A stretch of DNA of 64,000 nt, from positions 64,001 through 128,000 of the IMG/VR virus record IMGVR_UViG_3300028048_000066, one strand, 5' to 3'. The notes beneath the pieces were generated by a model. The model had not been told where the DNA came from and searched no databases. It worked only from the letters and a program-made list of their open reading frames with translations. Positions 1-9,892 of this stretch are shown here, one piece after another (position 1 is the stretch's first letter; each line of letters starts with the position of its first letter). The DNA comes from a virus. Taxonomy: Duplodnaviria; Caudoviricetes. Both the position numbers and the translations under genes were made by a program.

Positions 1-228
1 AAGGTCCAAATGTTCCCTAATGCAACATATGAAAAACTACATATGACAGAGAAGCAATACAAAGCAGTAAGGTACTATTGTTGTGGTATATTTAATAATG
101 AAACCTTAATCAAATGTTATAGGTTTTTACTTGACTTTGATAGAAGAATTAAAGAGGGTGAATATTCCAATATGTCAAACAATAGAATTATAGACCACAT
201 TATAAATAATATAGTATTTAGGAAATAA
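1..228 (+). CDS. 5'-truncated protein, C-terminus weakly resembling DNA polymerase III delta (HolA)/clamp-loader subunits
   Basis: Frame is open from base 1. The tail FLLDFDRRIKEG resembles the LxxxDxxIKxG end of HolA-like proteins. Weak, by eye. Confidence 0.3.
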   Translation, partial: KVQMFPNATYEKLHMTEKQYKAVRYYCCGIFNNETLIKCYRFLLDFDRRIKEGEYSNMSNNRIIDHIINNIVFRK

Positions 229-229
229 T

Positions 230-1249
230 ATGAAGATAGCAGTTTGTGGAGATGTGCACTACTGTGTTAATAGTAGTGTTATAAGAAGTAGAGGTGAAAA
301 GTACTCTACAAGAATTGAGAATTGTATTAAGTCAATCAACTGGTTTGAACAAGAGATTACAACAAAGTGTGACCTAGTTGTATATCTAGGTGACTTCTTT
401 GATTCTCCTGTACTTAATGATGAAATTATTACATCCCTAAAAGATATTGAATGGAACAAGAGTTTAGTTCATTTCTTCTTGGTAGGTAATCACGAATCTA
501 GTGTTGGTAGTTTAGAATACAATTCAGCAAAGGATTTAGAGAGTGACCAATTTAAGATTATCAGTGAACCGTTTTACTTTGGTATTTGTGGATTATTCTT
601 TTTGCCATATATAACAGAAGATAATAGAAGGTCATTACAAGAGTATGTGAAAGATATAAGACCAAGAATTCTCTTTTCACACAATGATTTAAAGGGCGTT
701 CAAATGGGTGCTATTACTTCAAAGACAGGATTTGACCTTGAGGATATTTTAAGTAATAGCGACTTATATGTAAATGGACACATACACAACGGTAGTTGGG
801 TTATAAAGGATAGAATCTTAAATCTTGGTAATTTAACAGGACAAAATTTTGGTGAAGATGGTTATGTATATAATCATAATGTAGCAATAATAGATACAGA
901 TACACTCAATGTTGAATTTATTAAGAATCCGTATGCTTTTAATTTTTATAAGTTTGAGGTAAACACAATAGATGAGTTCAATGCTTATATGAATAAGATT
1001 AAGAATAAACCAAGCAGTATTGTAAGTGTTAAGTGTAATGAGAACATTTTGAAGGATGTAAATCAAGAACTAAAGAAAAGCAACCTAGTTTGCAGTAAAG
1101 TTATATCATTCTCTAACAATAACTATACTACTACAGAGTGTGTTGATGATTTTACTGTGGACCATTTAGATGAGTTCAAGAAGTTCTGTTTAGTAAATAT
1201 TGGGAATAACGACACAGTAATTAGTGAGTTGAATGAGGTGTGTAGATGA
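230..1249 (+). CDS. sbcD: SbcD/Mre11 (T4 gp47-like) nuclease, calcineurin-like phosphoesterase
   Basis: Motifs GDVH, LGDFFD, VGNHE, FSH, NGHIH; overlaps the downstream Rad50-like gene (ATGA). Confidence 0.85.
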   Translation: MKIAVCGDVHYCVNSSVIRSRGEKYSTRIENCIKSINWFEQEITTKCDLVVYLGDFFDSPVLNDEIITSLKDIEWNKSLVHFFLVGNHESSVGSLEYNSAKDLESDQFKIISEPFYFGICGLFFLPYITEDNRRSLQEYVKDIRPRILFSHNDLKGVQMGAITSKTGFDLEDILSNSDLYVNGHIHNGSWVIKDRILNLGNLTGQNFGEDGYVYNHNVAIIDTDTLNVEFIKNPYAFNFYKFEVNTIDEFNAYMNKIKNKPSSIVSVKCNENILKDVNQELKKSNLVCSKVISFSNNNYTTTECVDDFTVDHLDEFKKFCLVNIGNNDTVISELNEVCR

Positions 1250-3108
1250 ATATAGAATTTGAGAAAATTATATTGCACAATTTTTTATCATTTGGGCACA
1301 GCGAGATAGAATTAAAAGATAAAGGTTATTGTGTTGTTAGGGGTATCAATGAATGTGAGAATGATAAAGCATTGAGTAATGGCAGTGGTAAGAGCAGCAT
1401 CTGGAGTGCTATTACTTTTGCTTTAACAGGGGAAACAATTCAAGGTGTAACAACAAACCTAAAAAATATTTATGTGGATGAAGATAGTTGTTATGTTACA
1501 CTTGACTTCAACTATGATGGTGTAGCATATGAAGTAACTAGAATAAAAGCACCTAAATCTGATTTAAAGGTAATTGTAAATGGTGAAGACAAGAGTGGTA
1601 AAGGTATTAGAGATGGTGAAGCAATATTAGAATCATATCTTCCTGAATTAACTAAGGATTTACTTGCATCTGTAATTATATTAGGTCAAGGAATGCCAAA
1701 TAAGTTTTCATCATTTAGTCCAAGTGGTAGAAAGGAACTCTTGGAAAAATTATCAAAATCAGATTTTATGGTGGATGATATAAAGGTAAGAGTGTCTAAT
1801 AGAATAGATAAGTTAAGAAATGATGTAAACCTTCTTAATATTGATGGTGCTAGATTACAATCCAAGTTAGAAGATGAAGAGACAAGACTCAATGGTTTGT
1901 TAGGCACAACCATTAAGGATGTGAAAGATATTGATGACAAGATTCACGGACTTGAAGTTTGGATTGATAAAGATAAGACAGCATTAGATGATTGCTATGC
2001 TTATGTAGATGATTGCAAGACCAAAGTTGACAAGTTAGATAAAGAGTATAAGCAAACACTTGAAGATGGTGTAGAGAGTGAAAATAAGGAAGAAGATGAT
2101 TTCAGAGTTAAGATTAAACCACTTACAGAATCTCAAGCACAACTAAAGAGTAAGATTGAGTTTACTAAGAGAGAACTTATCAAGATGCAAAACATTACAG
2201 ACATCTGTCCTACCTGTGGTCAAAAGATTCCTAATGTTGTTAAACCAGATACAAGTGGAATTGAGAAAGAACTTAAAGACCTAAACATTGAATTAACAGA
2301 GGTTGGAGAAAGCATAGATGCCTGTGAGCAAGAACATATATTAAAAAAGAACTCTATTAGAAATAAAAACAAAGCAGATAGGGATGCAGTTTCTTTGCAA
2401 ATCAGCGACTTAAAGAATGTAATTTCAACACAAGAAAAGTCCATTAAGGAACTTGAAGCAGAATTAAACTCTATGATAAAAGATAAGGAAGACCTTCAAA
2501 GAGAGAAGGAGTCATACGAGAACAGTGCCAAGACATTGAATGAAAACATTGAGTCTAGTAAGAAACTCATTGAGAAATACAATACAGAATTGACAACAAT
2601 AAGCAATAAGACAGAAGAAACTCAAAAGCATCTTGATGTAGTATCAAAGATGGAAACCCTAATCAAGAGAGATTTCAGAGGATTTTTACTAATCAATGTA
2701 ATAGAGTTCATCAATACAAAAGCAAAAGAATACTGCAAATATGTGTTAGGATATGACGACTTTACCTTTGCTCTTAATGGAAATAATATAAATATATCTT
2801 ATAATGGTAAAGAGTTTGAGAATCTGAGTGGTGGAGAGCAACAAAAGATAGACTTGATTTTACAATTAACTATCAGGGATATGTTGAAGACACATTTGAA
2901 CTTCTCAACAAACATTTTAGTATTAGATGAAATTACAGACTTTTTGGATAGACAAAGTTGTGATAATATAATAACAATGATAGCAAACAAGTGTAGTGAT
3001 GTGGAAAGTGTATTTATTATTAGTCACCATCCAGATGAACTACAGATACCAATGGACAGTGAACTTTTAGTTGTAAAAAATAATGAGGGAATAAGTGAGG
3101 TGAAATAA
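1246..3108 (+). CDS. sbcC: SbcC/Rad50 (T4 gp46-like) SMC-type ATPase
   Basis: NFLSF, Walker A NGSGKSS, coiled coil with zinc hook CPTCG, signature LSGGE, Walker B LVLDE, ISH. Confidence 0.92.
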   Translation: MNIEFEKIILHNFLSFGHSEIELKDKGYCVVRGINECENDKALSNGSGKSSIWSAITFALTGETIQGVTTNLKNIYVDEDSCYVTLDFNYDGVAYEVTRIKAPKSDLKVIVNGEDKSGKGIRDGEAILESYLPELTKDLLASVIILGQGMPNKFSSFSPSGRKELLEKLSKSDFMVDDIKVRVSNRIDKLRNDVNLLNIDGARLQSKLEDEETRLNGLLGTTIKDVKDIDDKIHGLEVWIDKDKTALDDCYAYVDDCKTKVDKLDKEYKQTLEDGVESENKEEDDFRVKIKPLTESQAQLKSKIEFTKRELIKMQNITDICPTCGQKIPNVVKPDTSGIEKELKDLNIELTEVGESIDACEQEHILKKNSIRNKNKADRDAVSLQISDLKNVISTQEKSIKELEAELNSMIKDKEDLQREKESYENSAKTLNENIESSKKLIEKYNTELTTISNKTEETQKHLDVVSKMETLIKRDFRGFLLINVIEFINTKAKEYCKYVLGYDDFTFALNGNNINISYNGKEFENLSGGEQQKIDLILQLTIRDMLKTHLNFSTNILVLDEITDFLDRQSCDNIITMIANKCSDVESVFIISHHPDELQIPMDSELLVVKNNEGISEVK

Positions 3109-3956
3109 TGCTATATTCAGCAAAAGGAAATGAAAGATATGTAGATTTAGCAAAATATTTTGATGACCATTTCAATACACCAGATAGAGATGATGAGAAA
3201 TGTTATCGTGCTATGTATTTAATTTATTATATGTTAGCGTGTAAGAAACAATATTTTAGAACATATGAAGATTATGATACTTTTGCACAATTTGCAGCAA
3301 CAACAATCTATATAAGATTTATGAAGAAACTAGAGAAAGGTGAGAAGATTAGGTCTTTACTCAATTATGCAAAAGCATCGGTTTATCCATTGAGTTTGAG
3401 TTATAAAAAACAAGAGTATAATGAAATGAACATTGCTAAAGAAGACCCAGCACTACTCTGGACATATCAAATCAAGATGAGAGAACAAGTTCAAGACCAA
3501 TGTAACGAAGGACTTCAGGAAGACACAATAGAGTCATTTAAATGCATCCCAGCAATGATTAGAGAGGTTATTGATGAAACACCTTATAGAGATGATAAGA
3601 TTGCTTATATGCGATTATATAAGTCTTGCTTGATAACTTTAATCAAGTCGTTCACATTGGGCAGTTATTCTGAATCTGTTGTAGAGAAGAGAAATGAAAG
3701 GGATATGAACATTAGTCCAGAGTTCTTACTCAAAATCTTCAAGAGAGAACAAGAAAATGCTTTAACATTGTGGAGATTAGAACCAGAGATTAAAGATTAT
3801 GTTGACTTATTAGTTAAGAAAGTAATGAAAAAAATGATGAATGAAATTTATGATGTTGAACAATCTTATGCATTATCAGTAGACACATTAGATAATATAT
3901 TGAAATCACAAGATTCAGCAACTCAACAACAAGATGATTATTACGAGGATATGTAA
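3108..3956 (+). CDS. Candidate divergent phage sigma factor (region-2-like; T4 gp55 analogue)
   Basis: Helical segment LIYYMLACKKQYFRTYEDYDTFAQFA...SLLNYAK aligns by eye with sigma region 2; next to the gp47/gp46-like pair, as gene 55 is in T4. Confidence 0.35.
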   Translation: MLYSAKGNERYVDLAKYFDDHFNTPDRDDEKCYRAMYLIYYMLACKKQYFRTYEDYDTFAQFAATTIYIRFMKKLEKGEKIRSLLNYAKASVYPLSLSYKKQEYNEMNIAKEDPALLWTYQIKMREQVQDQCNEGLQEDTIESFKCIPAMIREVIDETPYRDDKIAYMRLYKSCLITLIKSFTLGSYSESVVEKRNERDMNISPEFLLKIFKREQENALTLWRLEPEIKDYVDLLVKKVMKKMMNEIYDVEQSYALSVDTLDNILKSQDSATQQQDDYYEDM

Positions 3957-3957
3957 A

Positions 3958-4353
3958 ATGGGTGTAAGTAAAATTAGAACAAAATTAGAAGAATTAAATA
4001 AAACAGATGTATACTCACTAATGTTATTTGTATTATATAAAACAACAGATATTCCAGAGTATTCAACATTAAGCGAGTTGTGCTATCTATTAGACCAAAA
4101 GTGTTTATCAAATCTTTTAGAATATTATGGTGGAAAAACAATAACTATTCCTACAAAAGAAGAGATGAAAAATGTATTGAATGCACTATTGCTTTATCAG
4201 TTAATCAACATTGAAGGAAAAGAGTATAAAGATGCAGTAGAAGAAATCAACTCACCAGAATACAATGAGAGTAAAACTGTGGAAATATACAAAAAAGTGG
4301 TTGAAATTATGGAAAAATATACATTTATTAGCAGAGAGGGTGGAAATGTTTAA
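3958..4353 (+). CDS. Mor-family-like transcription regulator
   Basis: LLEYYGGKTITIP matches the Mor-family GG-x-x-I-x-IP motif; ATG 3958 directly follows the upstream stop. Confidence 0.45.
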   Translation: MGVSKIRTKLEELNKTDVYSLMLFVLYKTTDIPEYSTLSELCYLLDQKCLSNLLEYYGGKTITIPTKEEMKNVLNALLLYQLINIEGKEYKDAVEEINSPEYNESKTVEIYKKVVEIMEKYTFISREGGNV

Positions 4354-4573
4354 AAAATTGTTGTATAATATATTAGATGACCTTGATACTTTTCTAAGTC
4401 CAGAAGATGCATTTGAGAGATGTGTTTTGTACAAATTAGACAATCAGTTCAATAATTATATGAAAGAAGTTGACCTGCTTTGTAATTATTTGTTGAAGAG
4501 GGACTCAAAGAAAGTATTAAGAAGAGTAGCACTTAACTACAAGGCGGAGAGCAAAAATGAAAAAGAAGAATAA
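4346..4573 (+). CDS. Hypothetical protein
   Basis: ATG 4346 with GAGG RBS; overlaps both neighbours. Confidence 0.6.
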   Translation: MFKKLLYNILDDLDTFLSPEDAFERCVLYKLDNQFNNYMKEVDLLCNYLLKRDSKKVLRRVALNYKAESKNEKEE

Positions 4574-5492
4574 AGAATTTAATTTAATAGAGATTGGTAA
4601 CAACTTTAAGAGATTAGCAGACAGCGTAATCAACTTTATTCAGGTTGCTAACAAGGTTCACATCTATGATATTAAATTCATTTCAACAAACATTTATAGT
4701 ACAGATGATTTTGAAAGGTGTGAAACACTTGAAAATGCTTTAGTTGAATTTAGAATTAAAGAACTAAAGGATTGGTTATTTGGAATATGGATTGACTATG
4801 ATAAAGGTTTGTGGTTAGATTATGATAACGATGATGGTAACTATAGAATATTTCTTTTTGCACAAGTGGAAGATTATATTGACAAGTTTAGACCATCATA
4901 CTCCTCTTTTGTAGAAGATGGGATTGTTCCAGGTGAAATGTTTGATGACATAGTTGCTAATGAAGATATAAATGTAAACAAATATCCAAGACTGGATTTT
5001 CCTACCGTTTACTATGAAATCTATGATATGATAAAGTATATGAAAGAGAACAAGAGTCTTGCTTGGTATAAAGACATTAGTTATTATGTAGATTACAACA
5101 GAACATACCTAACAAGATGTGGTGCTAGATTATTGAAGAATAAGATACTATTTAAGAAGTGGAGAGAAAAGAAGATTGGTGAATACATTGTAAGAAGAAA
5201 GATTAAGTTGGTTGAGAAGTATGTATTGCCACTATTCAATGGAAGTTATTTAAAGTATATTGGTGACTACTGCCACCCAAGTTATGAAATAAGAGTTCCA
5301 CTAACAGAAGCAAAAGAGCAATTCGGTATTATAATAAAAGGTACATATGAGATTATGCAAGAAGAATTAAGTGATGAGTATTTTATTAAGGTTGGTAGGT
5401 TAGAGAATCTTGAGTTTAAACTTATAGGTTCAACATATAATACCAACTCAGTAGAAGATTCAAGTTTTTATGTTTATAATGATAAAGGTTAA
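4557..5492 (+). CDS. Hypothetical protein, paralog of 17797..18771
   Basis: Shared blocks FRIKE.K.W.FGIW, FAQ.E..IDKF.P and P.YEI..P. Confidence 0.7.
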   Translation: MKKKNKEFNLIEIGNNFKRLADSVINFIQVANKVHIYDIKFISTNIYSTDDFERCETLENALVEFRIKELKDWLFGIWIDYDKGLWLDYDNDDGNYRIFLFAQVEDYIDKFRPSYSSFVEDGIVPGEMFDDIVANEDINVNKYPRLDFPTVYYEIYDMIKYMKENKSLAWYKDISYYVDYNRTYLTRCGARLLKNKILFKKWREKKIGEYIVRRKIKLVEKYVLPLFNGSYLKYIGDYCHPSYEIRVPLTEAKEQFGIIIKGTYEIMQEELSDEYFIKVGRLENLEFKLIGSTYNTNSVEDSSFYVYNDKG

Positions 5493-5511
5493 TATTTTTA
5501 GGAGATAAATA

Positions 5512-5841
5512 ATGAGTTATATTTTAATGGATGATGTATCTAATTTACTAAACATTAGTACAAAGTTATTAGGCAAAATGCAGGATGCAATTATGTATAG
5601 TATTAACGATGCAGTTAAGGAGACCGTAGTAAAGAACGATGGCATTTGTGAGATTGATGTAGGCATTGGAGACCTAGTTATTGGTCTATATGACAATGAT
5701 TTGAAGTTTAAGTTTATTCCTAATGCTAAATTAAGAGAAAGCATAATCTCCACGATTAAGAACGAAGAAAATATGCTTGAGATTAAGTTAGAAGAGAGTC
5801 TAGCAAACAAGTTAGAAAAAGTTTATAAGGAAATAATTTAA
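5512..5841 (+). CDS. Hypothetical protein
   Basis: AGGAGA RBS; 109 aa; stop overlaps the next start (TAATG). Confidence 0.7.
   Translation: MSYILMDDVSNLLNISTKLLGKMQDAIMYSINDAVKETVVKNDGICEIDVGIGDLVIGLYDNDLKFKFIPNAKLRESIISTIKNEENMLEIKLEESLANKLEKVYKEII
5724..5738 (+). promoter_or_regulatory. Putative late promoter variant inside a CDS (TGCTAAATTAAGAGA)
   Basis: First 11 nt identical to the repeated intergenic motif; about 100 nt upstream of the 5841 gene. Confidence 0.35.
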
Positions 5842-6353
5842 TGGAAGATATTGATAACAATTTACCAAGCACCACAACAGATAGTGTTATTGAAGATTCA
5901 TCTGCTAAGATAAAGGAAACAGATGAGAATCTATTAAACCAAATAGTGAAGTCTGAAAATGTTGATGAAATTAAGGACTTGACTAAGTTGTTTAATGTTA
6001 ATCAAAACAAGAAAAACTTGGTAAGAATAGCAAAGTTAAATGACCTTCTTGATAAGGTGAGTGACAAAGCAATAGAGAGAATAGATTTGTATGCAGATGA
6101 CATTAGTGATAAAGATTTACTTGGTTATATGCAAACAGTTCAAAATGTAATTGAAAAGTCACAAAAGAGTGTAGAAGCAATAGACAGTACACCTATGATA
6201 CAAATCAACCAACAAAACAACATCAATGTTGAAGGTGAATTGTCCAGAGAATCAAAAGAAAAAATTCTAAATATAATCAATGTGTTTAGAGAGATGACAA
6301 CATCTGTGGAACAAGCAGAAGTTGTTGAAGACAATGAGAAAGGAGAAGAATAA
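5841..6353 (+). CDS. Possible terminase small subunit-like protein
   Basis: 170 aa, long helices followed by IQINQQNNINV, like the NN-rich strand of T4-type TerS. Inference only. Confidence 0.3.
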   Translation: MEDIDNNLPSTTTDSVIEDSSAKIKETDENLLNQIVKSENVDEIKDLTKLFNVNQNKKNLVRIAKLNDLLDKVSDKAIERIDLYADDISDKDLLGYMQTVQNVIEKSQKSVEAIDSTPMIQINQQNNINVEGELSRESKEKILNIINVFREMTTSVEQAEVVEDNEKGEE

Positions 6354-6580
6354 TGGAAAACAAAGTAGTAGATTTTAATATTGAAGATGAAGCACCAGTA
6401 ACAACAAATCCAAAGGAAGAATTAAAGGATTTATCAGAAGAACACAAAGCAATTATTGAAGACTTTAATAAGTTATCAAAAGAATACCAAACATTAGTAG
6501 TTGCTTTTAATAGATTGTTAGATGAATATAATCAACTTCATATTAGATTATTATTAACAAATCAAGAAGAAAACAAATAA
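6353..6580 (+). CDS. Small coiled-coil hypothetical protein
   Basis: AGGAG RBS; TAATG coupling. Confidence 0.65.
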   Translation: MENKVVDFNIEDEAPVTTNPKEELKDLSEEHKAIIEDFNKLSKEYQTLVVAFNRLLDEYNQLHIRLLLTNQEENK

Positions 6581-6599
6581 TAAGGAGATAAGATAGCAA

Positions 6600-7859
6600 A
6601 TGACAAGAAAAGAGTTTTATGCTTATGTTGAAACATTTAGACAACCTGATGGAACATTTGACAAAGATGATATTTACACCATTGGTGTTACATTTAAAAC
6701 TAAACTATACAAACAAGATAGAAAGTGGCAAGAACTTGTAGATAAGATTGGTTGGCCTAGTTCAGCAGAGAGTTTAAGAGCATTTGTAAATCATAGAATG
6801 CAAACTGCAGGGGTCTTACCTAAAGACATTATGAGAATCAGTTATGATGGTATAATTGGTGGTGGAGTGTCTGAAGAGACCTTAAACAGTATGACAATAG
6901 AACTTGCTAAAGAAAGACAAAAGATTAGGGATGAAAGAACAGCATTTAATAGAGATATTAGAACAACAGCAAGAGAAGAAGTTTTTGTTGAAGCAATTAG
7001 AGACACTGTTTCTCAATTAAAAGAATTAGAACCATTAAAATATGTTCCTGTTCATACAGACCAAAAAAATCACGAAGCGGTTTTATTGTTGTCCGATTTA
7101 CATATAGGTGTAAAATGTGATAACTGGTATAATACTTATAATACAGAAATTGCAAAAGTTAGACTACAAATGTTAGTTGAAAGTGTTATTTCAACTTGTA
7201 GACTTTACAATGTTCAAGTACTAAATGTATGCAACCTTGGAGATATGGTTCACGGAATTATTCATACAAACGCAAGAGTTGAAGCAGAACTAAATGTTGT
7301 TGACCAAGTTTTAAAGGCAGCAGAACTTATTTCTGAAGTATTGAATCTATTACAAGAAGCAGCACCAAAGATTGTATATAGAAGTGTTATTGATAATCAC
7401 TCAAGAGTTATTGCAAACAAAGAAGAGGCATTAGATAGTGAACACTTTAGTAAACTTATTGATATGTTTTTAATGGAAAGATTAGGACACACATCAATTG
7501 TATTTGCTAATGACAATGTAGATGATGGTGTTGGTAAGTTTACTTTAATGAATGGTAAGAAAATTATGTTCTCTCACGGACATAATGACAGCATCAATAA
7601 AGTATATCAAAACTTTACTGGAATGATGAAGGAATATATAGACTACATTTTCTTAGGACATTATCATTCACCAAAAGCAAAGAGTTTCCAAGATACAATG
7701 GTGTTTGTAAATGGAAGTATTGTAGGAACAGAACAATATGCTTTTAATAAGAGATTATTTAGTAGTCCTTCACAAACATTATTAGTATTTGATACAGAGA
7801 AGGGTAAGAATAGTTTAATTAACCAAACAATTGACCTATCAACAGGTAAAGGAAAATAA
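6600..7859 (+). CDS. Metallophosphoesterase (calcineurin-like) with N-terminal helical/coiled-coil region
   Basis: LSDLHIG, LGDMVHG, DNHSR, SHGH, LGHYH, VNGS motifs. Confidence 0.8.
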   Translation: MTRKEFYAYVETFRQPDGTFDKDDIYTIGVTFKTKLYKQDRKWQELVDKIGWPSSAESLRAFVNHRMQTAGVLPKDIMRISYDGIIGGGVSEETLNSMTIELAKERQKIRDERTAFNRDIRTTAREEVFVEAIRDTVSQLKELEPLKYVPVHTDQKNHEAVLLLSDLHIGVKCDNWYNTYNTEIAKVRLQMLVESVISTCRLYNVQVLNVCNLGDMVHGIIHTNARVEAELNVVDQVLKAAELISEVLNLLQEAAPKIVYRSVIDNHSRVIANKEEALDSEHFSKLIDMFLMERLGHTSIVFANDNVDDGVGKFTLMNGKKIMFSHGHNDSINKVYQNFTGMMKEYIDYIFLGHYHSPKAKSFQDTMVFVNGSIVGTEQYAFNKRLFSSPSQTLLVFDTEKGKNSLINQTIDLSTGKGK

Positions 7860-8225
7860 ATGTCAAAGAAAGATTTAGTTCAATATTATTTACAAGTCCA
7901 AAGTCAATATTTTGAAATGTTAAAAGATTTTAGGGATGTAAATGATGAGGTTAAGAAAGGATTGGTTGAGCAATCTGTGGTTGATAATTTAAAACAAGAA
8001 TTAGATGTAGTAAGAACAAACTACGAAAGATTATCATATGAATTATTCTTATTAAATCAACCAAACAAAGATTCAAAGAAACCACTTGATGAAAAAGTTA
8101 ATAAAGAGTGGTATGATTATTTAGAGGGTTCTTCAAAAGAAGCAATCCTTGATGAAAACAGAGATGCATTAGCAGACTTTAAGAAGTATGTAAGGGAGAT
8201 GAAAAAAGAAGATGGCAACGATTGA
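7860..8225 (+). CDS. Hypothetical helical protein
   Basis: Contiguous with neighbours; RBS present. Confidence 0.65.
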   Translation: MSKKDLVQYYLQVQSQYFEMLKDFRDVNDEVKKGLVEQSVVDNLKQELDVVRTNYERLSYELFLLNQPNKDSKKPLDEKVNKEWYDYLEGSSKEAILDENRDALADFKKYVREMKKEDGND

Positions 8226-8484
8226 TGAATTTTTAGATAAATTAGGAATTGCAGGAGAGTATACAACAACTGATGGTGAGTATACTTTATTACTTGAAAA
8301 CAGTGATGAGTTCCAACAAGTCTATTCAATTTTATCTTCATCAGATTTAGTTGATTTAGATGTAGATGATGTAATCGTAACAGAACACGCAAACATTTTA
8401 AAATATATTGCTGATGATTATGATTTAACATTAGAGTGTGATTTTGATAGCGATACATATAAGTTAATAGTAGAGGAAGCATAA
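8212..8484 (+). CDS. Small acidic hypothetical protein
   Basis: 90 aa, D/E-rich; overlapping operon structure. Confidence 0.65.
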   Translation: MATIDEFLDKLGIAGEYTTTDGEYTLLLENSDEFQQVYSILSSSDLVDLDVDDVIVTEHANILKYIADDYDLTLECDFDSDTYKLIVEEA

Positions 8485-9203
8485 TGGGAAGACATAAGAA
8501 GATTATAACAGATTTAGAGAAGTTAAGCACAAGAGCAAGTGAAACTATCTTACAAGATGAAGAAAATCTAAACCAAACAATTAAATGGATTAAAGACATC
8601 TTATATGCAGATGATAACTTAGTAGCATTAGCAGCACCACAAATTGGTGTTGATTCAAGATTATTCTGTATTAAGTTTAGTGGTGGGGATATTAGAACAT
8701 TTATTAACCCTATGATTAAAGGTAAAAAGGGGATGCACCTTTCAAGAGAGAAATGTATTAGCATTCCAGGTAAAGAGTTTATTATTCCAAGATATGATGA
8801 AATAGAAGTTATTTATCAAACACCAACAGCAAAGATAGAAGAAAATGTTATGAAGGAAGCAGTTGGGGAAGTATTTCAACAAATGATGCACCTTCTTGAT
8901 GGTGTTTTACTTTCAGACTTAGGTTTAGAGGTTATAGAAGGTTGGGATGAAGCATCTGAGGAAGAAAGAGAAGAAGTTATCAAAGTCTACTTAGATGGTC
9001 TTAAAGCAGCAAATGAAGGACTTAAAAAAGAGATTGAAGAAAATAAAGACACAAAGGCACTAAATGATGCTATTGAGTTTATGAAGGGTGTGGAACTTGG
9101 AACAGTTGAAACCTATGAAGAAAAACCTCAACTTAACAGGGAGCAAAGAAGACAACTAGAAAAACTTAAAAAGATAGAAAGAAGAAAATATTATAAGAGG
9201 TAA
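8484..9203 (+). CDS. def: Peptide deformylase homolog with degenerate active site
   Basis: VALAAPQIG, FINP, EKCIS (vs EGCLS) and FQQMMHLLDG (vs QHExDHLxG); charged C-terminal extension. Confidence 0.8.
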   Translation: MGRHKKIITDLEKLSTRASETILQDEENLNQTIKWIKDILYADDNLVALAAPQIGVDSRLFCIKFSGGDIRTFINPMIKGKKGMHLSREKCISIPGKEFIIPRYDEIEVIYQTPTAKIEENVMKEAVGEVFQQMMHLLDGVLLSDLGLEVIEGWDEASEEEREEVIKVYLDGLKAANEGLKKEIEENKDTKALNDAIEFMKGVELGTVETYEEKPQLNREQRRQLEKLKKIERRKYYKR

Positions 9204-9207
9204 TATT

Positions 9208-9426
9208 ATGGCAGATAGTAAAGAAATGATTTATGACTTCTATGGTAAAATTATCGGAAGTATTGTAACAAAATCAGATGGAGATAGAATTGCATATGAT
9301 TTCTATGGAAAGATTTTAGGTAGATATAGCAAGACATATAACAGAACATATGACTTCTATGGAAAGATTGTATCAACAGGAGATACAACATCTGCATTAG
9401 TATGGGCAAATTATAATAAAAAGTAA
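9208..9426 (+). CDS. Small beta-repeat protein (3x YDFYGKI)
   Basis: Three copies of YDFYGKI, encoded by near-identical TATGA(C/T)TTCTATGG repeats. Confidence 0.7.
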   Translation: MADSKEMIYDFYGKIIGSIVTKSDGDRIAYDFYGKILGRYSKTYNRTYDFYGKIVSTGDTTSALVWANYNKK

Positions 9427-9441
9427 AGGAAAGGTGAAAAA

Positions 9442-9891
9442 ATGAAATTCTATGCTGTAGCAAATAAACCAAATGTATCAAAGTTAATATTGAATGATGA
9501 TATTGATGACCTTGTTATTTATACAATAGTAGGTAAATTAAAACATTGTAATGAATATGTAAATAAATTTATAAAGATGAAAAATTACTCTCATTTCTTA
9601 AATTGGTGTGATGCTCACTCAATTAACCCAGAAGATAGATATGCCTGGGGTAAATATTGTAGTGTTGTAGTTAAAAACCAATTTAGAGGATTTTATGTTT
9701 CTCCATTAAAGTTAAATAAATATTCACTTGCAGCGGTTTTGAGATTCTCAAATAGTTGCGTTCCTGTTGGGTGTAGTTATGAATCACCATCAGAAATTAG
9801 AACATTTATTACTGTTCATTGTAAAGATGAAAACTCAAAAGAACTTGTAGAAAAATTAAAAGAGATTGAGGATTGTTTACATAGTATTTAA
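9442..9891 (+). CDS. Hypothetical protein
   Basis: AAGGTGA RBS; 149 aa. Confidence 0.65.
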   Translation: MKFYAVANKPNVSKLILNDDIDDLVIYTIVGKLKHCNEYVNKFIKMKNYSHFLNWCDAHSINPEDRYAWGKYCSVVVKNQFRGFYVSPLKLNKYSLAAVLRFSNSCVPVGCSYESPSEIRTFITVHCKDENSKELVEKLKEIEDCLHSI

Positions 9892-9892
9892 T

